Assembly: GCA_903926385.1 (NCBI GenBank)
Contig: CAIYIS010000010.1
Span: 7,060-71,059, forward strand
Source of the DNA: an uncultured Bacteroidota bacterium
GTDB lineage: Bacteria; Bacteroidota; Bacteroidia; 2-12-FULL-35-15
DNA: 64,000 nucleotides
Direction: 5' to 3'
Positions within the stretch are counted from its first letter, which is position 1; the number at the start of each line of letters is the position of its first letter. A program made the position numbers and the translations under genes. This document shows, in pieces, positions 58,322 to 64,000 of this stretch. The notes beneath the pieces are model-generated. The model saw only the letters and a program-made list of their open reading frames with translations. It was not told the origin of the DNA and did not search any database.

Positions 58322-59587
58322 ATGAAAAGAATACTTTTATATACATTGCTTTTGTTAATCGTTGTTTCGTGCGGCACCTCTCGCAAGGCGTCTAACAAAT
58401 CGGAGGCAAGCAGCTTTAAACACGATGCCAATACTATTCATCCCCAGTTCACTCTTTTCAATACTACCGACACCATTACCGAACTTCATTTTAAAATTGC
58501 CAGCAAAGAATTGCTTTACACTCGTCCCGATGGAATAAAATTTTCCTCTAATGTTTTAGTTTCGTATCGCTTGTTTCCCAATTTCGATTCGCGCGAAATG
58601 ATAGACAGCGCATCGGTTCGTGTGGTGGACGAGGGAGCTGCCATCGAAGATAAATTTCTGATTGGCATGCTCAGGATAAAAGCCAAAACCCGCCACAGCT
58701 ATTGCCTGCGAGTGTCTGTTACCGATATGAACAAAAATATTTCGGCATCTGCCATACTTTATATTGATAAAGAAAACGACCTGAACCGCGAGAATTTTAT
58801 TATTAAAAACAAGAAAACAGACATGCCCCTTTTCTGCAATTACTCTAAAACAGGGCAAGAATTAGTAATTCAATACAAAGCAAAGATGGCGGTTAATTTA
58901 TACGTGCGTTATTACAAAAGAGATTTCCCTATTGCTGCTCCTCCTTTTTCTATGGCCGACCCCGATCCTTTTAAATACAAACCCGACAGCACATTTACTT
59001 TGCAACTTTCGGCAGATGGTAAGGTAGATTTCGCAACGCGTAAAACAGGGTTTTATCATTTCCAGCTCGACACTTCCAAACACGATGGGATTACTATCTT
59101 TAATTTCTCTGATGTTTTTCCAGAAGTAAAGAAAGCAGAAGACATGGTGCCTCCTCTTCGTTTTATTACCACCAAACAGGAGTTTGATGAGCTTACCAAA
59201 AGCACAAACAAAAAACTATCCATCGAAAAGTTTTGGACTACATGCGCAGGCAGTCAGGAGAGGGCAAAGGATGTAATAAAGAAATATTACAATCGTATGC
59301 AGGATGCCAACTTTAATTTTACTTCTTATCTCGAAGGATGGAAAACAGACAGAGGGATGATTTACCTTATTTACGGGGCACCTAATACTATTTATCGTTC
59401 GGCCACTTCCGAAACATGGACTTATGGCGAAGAAAATAATATTAACTCCTTACAATATTCTTTTTCTAAAGTCGACAATCCTTTTACAGATAACGATTAT
59501 ACATTAGATCGTTCGGGGGTTTACAAGCAATCGTGGTATGTGGCTGTAGATATATGGCGTCAGGGAAAAACATATTTACAGGAATAA
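58322..59587 (+). CDS. GWxTD domain-containing lipoprotein
   Basis: Lipobox (LIVVSCG) and the diagnostic EGWKTDRGMIYLIYGAPNTIY motif. Confidence 0.85.
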   Translation: MKRILLYTLLLLIVVSCGTSRKASNKSEASSFKHDANTIHPQFTLFNTTDTITELHFKIASKELLYTRPDGIKFSSNVLVSYRLFPNFDSREMIDSASVRVVDEGAAIEDKFLIGMLRIKAKTRHSYCLRVSVTDMNKNISASAILYIDKENDLNRENFIIKNKKTDMPLFCNYSKTGQELVIQYKAKMAVNLYVRYYKRDFPIAAPPFSMADPDPFKYKPDSTFTLQLSADGKVDFATRKTGFYHFQLDTSKHDGITIFNFSDVFPEVKKAEDMVPPLRFITTKQEFDELTKSTNKKLSIEKFWTTCAGSQERAKDVIKKYYNRMQDANFNFTSYLEGWKTDRGMIYLIYGAPNTIYRSATSETWTYGEENNINSLQYSFSKVDNPFTDNDYTLDRSGVYKQSWYVAVDIWRQGKTYLQE

Positions 59588-59653
59588 TAAAGCTTGAAAC
59601 ACACACATCACTCGATAGTTTTCGATTAACATCATCACACAATAAACTTATTT

Positions 59654-60421
59654 ATGCAAACCAAAGAACAACAAAAAGAAGGCGAAAAAGATAATATGAT
59701 ATTCGGTATGCGTCCGGTGATGGAAGCATTACGTGCCGGAAAAGAAATTGACAAACTTCTTATTCAAAGCGGGCTTAAAGGCGAACTCGTGAGCCAGTTG
59801 ATGGGGTTGTTGAAACAACATAATGTAGCATTTCAATACGTACCTGTTGAGAAGCTAAACCGACTTACACTAAAAAATCATCAAGGGGTAATCGGATATA
59901 TTTCTACCATCTCTTACCAGAAAATTCAAGATGTACTGCCCGGTATCTTCGAAGCAGGCAAAACGCCATTGATATTAATTTTAGATAGAATAACCGATGT
60001 CCGTAATTTCGGAGCCATTGTTCGTACAGCCGAATGCTCGGGTGTAGATGCCATTATTATACCAATAAAAGGAGGCGCACAGATAAATGCAGATGCTGTA
60101 AAAACTTCGGCAGGGGCGTTGCATAAAGTGCCTGTTTGTCGCGAGAATAATTTAAAAGAGGTAATCGAGTTTTTGCGCGAAAGCGGATTACAGGTTATTG
60201 CCTGTACCGAAAAAACAGAAGACATGTATTATCAAAATGATTATACCCTGCCGGTGGCAATCATTCTCGGCTCTGAAGAAGATGGTGTTTCGTTCGACTT
60301 GTTAAATCAATCGGATGCACATGCCAAAATTCCGTTGATGGGCGAAATAGGTTCATTAAATGTGTCGGTGGCGGCAGGTGTTATTTTATACGAAGCCGTT
60401 CGCCAGCGTTTGGTTGAGTAA
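59654..60421 (+). CDS. rlmB: 23S rRNA (guanosine-2'-O)-methyltransferase RlmB (SpoU/TrmH class)
   Basis: N-terminal SpoU_sub_bind (IFGMRPVMEAL), then LILDRITDVRNFGAIVRTAE, ILGSEEDGVS and SLNVSVAAGVILYE. Confidence 0.85.
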   Translation: MQTKEQQKEGEKDNMIFGMRPVMEALRAGKEIDKLLIQSGLKGELVSQLMGLLKQHNVAFQYVPVEKLNRLTLKNHQGVIGYISTISYQKIQDVLPGIFEAGKTPLILILDRITDVRNFGAIVRTAECSGVDAIIIPIKGGAQINADAVKTSAGALHKVPVCRENNLKEVIEFLRESGLQVIACTEKTEDMYYQNDYTLPVAIILGSEEDGVSFDLLNQSDAHAKIPLMGEIGSLNVSVAAGVILYEAVRQRLVE

Positions 60422-60449
60422 TAACATTCCTTCTAACAGAAGAGCATTA

Positions 60450-61853
60450 ATGAACAAAAAATACATCCCTTTTGTTTCACTATTTTTTATTGTATTCATC
60501 TCTCGCATTCCTTTTTTGTATGCGGGTTACGGTATCGAAGAAGATTCCTGGGGCATTGCATTGGCAGCTTTTCATACTCATCTCAACGGAGTTTACGAAC
60601 CTTCTCGTTTTCCAGGTCACCCGGTGCAGGAGCTTATATATTCTGCTTTGTGGGGAAGCGGCCCTCTTGTTTTTAATGGCCTTTGTGCATTGTTGAGTGC
60701 AGTAGCTGTAGTTTTCTTTTCCCTCATCTTAAAACATTTTCAGTTCAGGCATTACATGCTTGCTGCATTGGCATTCGCTTTTATTCCGGTTTATTTTATC
60801 AGTAGTACTTACACCATCGATTTTGTATGGACAGAAGCATTTGTTATGATTGCGCTGTATCTTTTACTGAAAGAGAAATTAATACTAAGCGGCATCTTCC
60901 TTGGACTTGCTGTGGGGTGTCGTATTACAAGCGGAGCCATGCTTTTGCCTTTTATCATCATCATTTGGCAGCAAAATAATCTGAAACTAAATGTTATCAA
61001 TTTCCTCAAGTTGGCATGTCCATTGGCAGTTGTAGCTGTGCTTTTCTTTATGCCTCTTATCATTCAGTTTGGCACTTCCTTCTTTATGTATTACGACCAG
61101 TTTCAATATCCACCTATCACCAAGGTGCTTTATAAAATGATTGTTGGTGTGTTCGGATTAGTAGGTGTAGTGGCTGTTTTGGCTGGAGTAGTTTTAATGT
61201 TTACCAAACAAGCTAAACAAGAAAGAGGAAGTTTGTTCGAACATACACTCAGCAAAAAAGTAATTTATGCAAGCGTATTAATTCTCATTCTTTATTCCAT
61301 TTCTTATTTCCGTCTTCCTCAAAAATCGGGTTATATGATTGCCGTTCTTCCCTTTGTTTTGGTGCTGTTTGGTTACTATCTCCGCAGTATTCAGTTTAAG
61401 TGGTTATGTTATGCACTTATTCTTTCTCCCTTTGTGTGCAGCATCAATCTTACGGATAAATTAAGAGGAGCCGAGTATTCCAAGTATGCTGTGGTGGTAA
61501 CTGTTTCGGGGCAGGAGTTGTTTTTCGACCCGTTTACTGGCCCTGTGTTTTCCGACTTATCCAAACGCATACAGAAAATAAATTACACTAACGAAGTGAT
61601 TCAAAAAACACAAAGTCTCACATCGAAAACAGTTATCATTTCGGGTTGGTGGTACAACGAAATTATGGTAACCATGATTCCGATGAGCAAAAATAATTTA
61701 GTGGTTTTCGAACCTTATATCGATAGTAAAAAAATAAATGAATACCTTGCACACGATTACACCATCTTGTATTTGCCCGAGCAAAATATTTACAATGATG
61801 AGATGTTTAAAATGTCATTAACTAATGAGGCTGCAAAGCCATTTAACTTATAA
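60450..61853 (+). CDS. Polytopic membrane protein, GT-C/ArnT-PMT-like glycosyltransferase candidate
   Basis: About 10 TM segments with an early acidic loop (YGIEEDSWG). I chose the ATG at 60450 (MNKKYIPFVSLFF) over the track start at 60360, which overlaps rlmB by 62 nt. Confidence 0.5.
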   Translation: MNKKYIPFVSLFFIVFISRIPFLYAGYGIEEDSWGIALAAFHTHLNGVYEPSRFPGHPVQELIYSALWGSGPLVFNGLCALLSAVAVVFFSLILKHFQFRHYMLAALAFAFIPVYFISSTYTIDFVWTEAFVMIALYLLLKEKLILSGIFLGLAVGCRITSGAMLLPFIIIIWQQNNLKLNVINFLKLACPLAVVAVLFFMPLIIQFGTSFFMYYDQFQYPPITKVLYKMIVGVFGLVGVVAVLAGVVLMFTKQAKQERGSLFEHTLSKKVIYASVLILILYSISYFRLPQKSGYMIAVLPFVLVLFGYYLRSIQFKWLCYALILSPFVCSINLTDKLRGAEYSKYAVVVTVSGQELFFDPFTGPVFSDLSKRIQKINYTNEVIQKTQSLTSKTVIISGWWYNEIMVTMIPMSKNNLVVFEPYIDSKKINEYLAHDYTILYLPEQNIYNDEMFKMSLTNEAAKPFNL

Positions 61854-61857
61854 AAGT

Positions 61858-62247
61858 ATGTCAACAATAAAACAAACGTATGAGATGAATGCCACACCCG
61901 AAGAAGTTTTCGAAGCTTTGGTAAACCCTGATATTATTCAGGACTGGAGTGGTGACGAAGCCAAAATGAACGACCAGGTAGGAGGTAAGTTTTCGCTTTG
62001 GGGAGGACAAATGTTTGGAATAAACACAGAAGTAGTTAAAAACAAAAGACTGGTGCAGGACTGGGGATACGACCAATGGGACACACTCACCAAAGTTACC
62101 TTTACCATCAAAGCCAAAGGCAAAAAAGCAGTGGTTGAATTACTGCACGAAGATGTTCCCGAAAAATCTTTACAAAGCATCACCGAAGGTTGGAATACCT
62201 ATTACCTCGGTGCCATGCAGGATATGTTTGAAGAGAAAAATAGTTAA
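61858..62247 (+). CDS. SRPBCC / AHSA1 (activator of Hsp90 ATPase homolog)-like protein
   Basis: About 130 aa. EVFEALVNPDIIQDWSG...GGKFSLWGG...W...VTF...GWNTYYLGAMQ is the AHSA1/START-like pattern. The ATG at 61858 is preferred to the track start at 61825. Confidence 0.7.
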   Translation: MSTIKQTYEMNATPEEVFEALVNPDIIQDWSGDEAKMNDQVGGKFSLWGGQMFGINTEVVKNKRLVQDWGYDQWDTLTKVTFTIKAKGKKAVVELLHEDVPEKSLQSITEGWNTYYLGAMQDMFEEKNS

Positions 62248-62276
62248 CCTCGGATTGATAAAATCTGTTTCGCTTT

Positions 62277-64000
62277 ATGGGTTATAAAAACACACAGGAA
62301 TGTATCGATGATCTGGAGAAACACGGAAAGTTAATTCGTGTAACAGAGCAAGTGGATGCAGAGCTGGAGATGGCCGCAATTCATTTACGTGTGTTCGAAA
62401 ACAACGGCCCTGCCATACTTTTCGAAAATATTAAAGGCTGTAAATTTAAAGCAGTGTCTAATCTTTACGGAGATATAGAGCGAAGCAAATTTATTTTTCG
62501 CGACACACTGGATAGAATAAAAACCATAATTGATTTAAAAGGAAATCCGGCCGAAGCCCTCAAACACCCTTTTAAATATGCCGGAATACTACCCGTTGCT
62601 TTGGCTGCTCGTCCACGAAAAGCAGGAAGCAATGCAGCCATACTTCAAAATCAAACTTCGCTTTCGGCCTTGCCACAAATAAAATGCTGGCCCGATGACG
62701 GAGGAGCGTTTGTTACCTTACCTCTTGTATACAGCGAGGATATTGACCATCCGGGAGTGATGCATTCTAATTTAGGAATGTATCGCATTCAGATAAGCGG
62801 TAATGATTATGTGCAGGATAAAGAAGTCGGGTTGCATTATCAGTTGCACAGAGGCATTGGTGTACATCAAACCAAATCGAATGCAAAACAGCAACCACTC
62901 AAAGTAAGTGTGTTTGTAGGCGGCCCGCCTGCTCTCACATTTGGTGCCGTTATGCCCCTTCCCGAAGGAATGAGCGAACTTAGTTTTGCTGGTGCTTTAG
63001 GAAACAGAAGCATTCGGTATGTATATCAGGATGGATATTGTCTGGCTGCCGATGCCGATTTTGTTATCACTGGCGAAGTGTTTCCGAACGAAACAAAACC
63101 CGAAGGCCCCTTTGGCGACCATCTGGGATACTACAGTCTCAAACATAATTTTCCGCTTATGCGGGTTCATAAAGTGTATCACCGCAACAATGCCATCTGG
63201 CCTTTTACAGTGGTTGGCAGGCCTCCTCAGGAAGATACGAGTTTTGGTGCATTAATTCACGAACTCACCGGAAAAGCCATTCCTACTGAGATTAACGGAC
63301 TCAAAGATGTACATGCAGTGGATGCTTGCGGAGTGCATCCCCTCTTGCTGGCTATTGGCAGCGAGCGTTACACACCTTATAACAACGAGCGCAAACCTCA
63401 GGAAATACTAACCATTGCCAATCATATTCTGGGCAAAGGACAATTGAGTTTGGCTAAATATTTATTCATAGTAGCAGGCGAAGATAACCCTCAACTCACT
63501 ACTCATCATGTGGAGGATTATTTTAAGCATCTTCTCGAACGAGTTGATTTTACAAGAGATTTACACTTTTACACACGCACCACTATCGACACACTCGATT
63601 ATAGCGGAACAGGTATAAACTCCGGAAGTAAAGTGGTTATAGCAGCAGCCGGCAACAAACTTCGGGAGTTGAGTACAACACTTCCCGAATTAAATCTTCC
63701 TGATGGTTTCCGTAACCCTAAGGTTGTAATGCCCGGCATCCTTGCCATTCAAGCTCGTGCTTACACCGATGACTCTGCCACTGAAACACAAATTGAGCAA
63801 CTCAACCAACAGCTATCAACCAACCAACACCTAAATTCTTTTCCTCTTCTCATCATCTGTGACGACTCCGACTTCGTTTCTCAAAATCTAAATAACTTTT
63901 TGTGGGCAACGTTTACTCGCAGCAATCCATCTCACGACATACATGGCATAGATAGTTTTACTGCTCACAAACACTGGGGCTGCCGAGGCTCACTTATTAT
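62277..64000 (+). CDS. UbiD-family (prenyl-FMN-dependent) decarboxylase, 3' partial
   Basis: Not in the supplied ORF track because it has no stop inside the window. My own translation from the ATG at 62277 gives MGYKNTQECIDDLEKHGKLIRVTEQVDAELEMAAIHLRVFENNGPAILFENIKGCKF...ALPQIKCWPDDGGAFVTLPLVYSEDIDHPGVMHSNLGMYRIQ, the UbiD signature. The portions I translated (62277 to ~62880) contain no in-frame stop, and the track's lack of a terminated ORF here suggests the frame stays open to base 64000. Confidence 0.85.
   Translation, partial: MGYKNTQECIDDLEKHGKLIRVTEQVDAELEMAAIHLRVFENNGPAILFENIKGCKFKAVSNLYGDIERSKFIFRDTLDRIKTIIDLKGNPAEALKHPFKYAGILPVALAARPRKAGSNAAILQNQTSLSALPQIKCWPDDGGAFVTLPLVYSEDIDHPGVMHSNLGMYRIQISGNDYVQDKEVGLHYQLHRGIGVHQTKSNAKQQPLKVSVFVGGPPALTFGAVMPLPEGMSELSFAGALGNRSIRYVYQDGYCLAADADFVITGEVFPNETKPEGPFGDHLGYYSLKHNFPLMRVHKVYHRNNAIWPFTVVGRPPQEDTSFGALIHELTGKAIPTEINGLKDVHAVDACGVHPLLLAIGSERYTPYNNERKPQEILTIANHILGKGQLSLAKYLFIVAGEDNPQLTTHHVEDYFKHLLERVDFTRDLHFYTRTTIDTLDYSGTGINSGSKVVIAAAGNKLRELSTTLPELNLPDGFRNPKVVMPGILAIQARAYTDDSATETQIEQLNQQLSTNQHLNSFPLLIICDDSDFVSQNLNNFLWATFTRSNPSHDIHGIDSFTAHKHWGCRGSLI

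Noticed and set aside
60360-60449. Track start that makes the GT-C-like gene overlap rlmB by 62 nt
   Set aside because: The overlapping N-terminal extension (MCRWRQVLFYTKPFASVWLSNN…) is not membrane-protein-like. The ATG at 60450 gives a normal N-terminus directly before the first TM.

Overview
Low-GC chromosomal segment that looks Bacteroidota: several proteins carry type IX secretion C-terminal sorting domains, there are TAnnTTTG-type -7 boxes, and DUF3276, DUF1573, GWxTD and DUF5686 families are present. Most of the window is housekeeping: nusB, yajC, coaE, nnr, folC, an exbB-exbD-tonB set, rlmB, RNase P RNA, tRNA-Arg(CCT), an ABC-F ATPase, ComEC and a 3'-truncated UbiD-family gene that the ORF track does not list. 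Two regions stand out. (1) 42.2-53.2 kb holds a tightly packed minus-strand locus: TPR protein, LytTR regulator, receiver, CHASE3-like hybrid kinase, PqqD-like 86-aa protein, ATP-grasp ligase, Orn/DAP-type PLP decarboxylase, urea-transporter/M23-peptidase fusion, secreted TPR/beta-rich protein and a second LytTR regulator. A perfect 9-bp direct repeat with a 12-bp spacer, the classic LytTR-box geometry, sits in its internal promoter region, and I found no precursor peptide. This is my best candidate for an undescribed system. (2) 27.5-35.5 kb is an accessory-like patch with GC-rich REP-like hairpins, a promoter/leader present in three copies, a G10 tract, a DUF2971 plus small membrane protein pair, a 42-bp phased repeat array and a compositionally odd orphan gene. 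Separately, a 9 x 21-bp palindromic tandem array lies at 2.0-2.2 kb. I saw no CRISPR array, rRNA, transposase or integrase.
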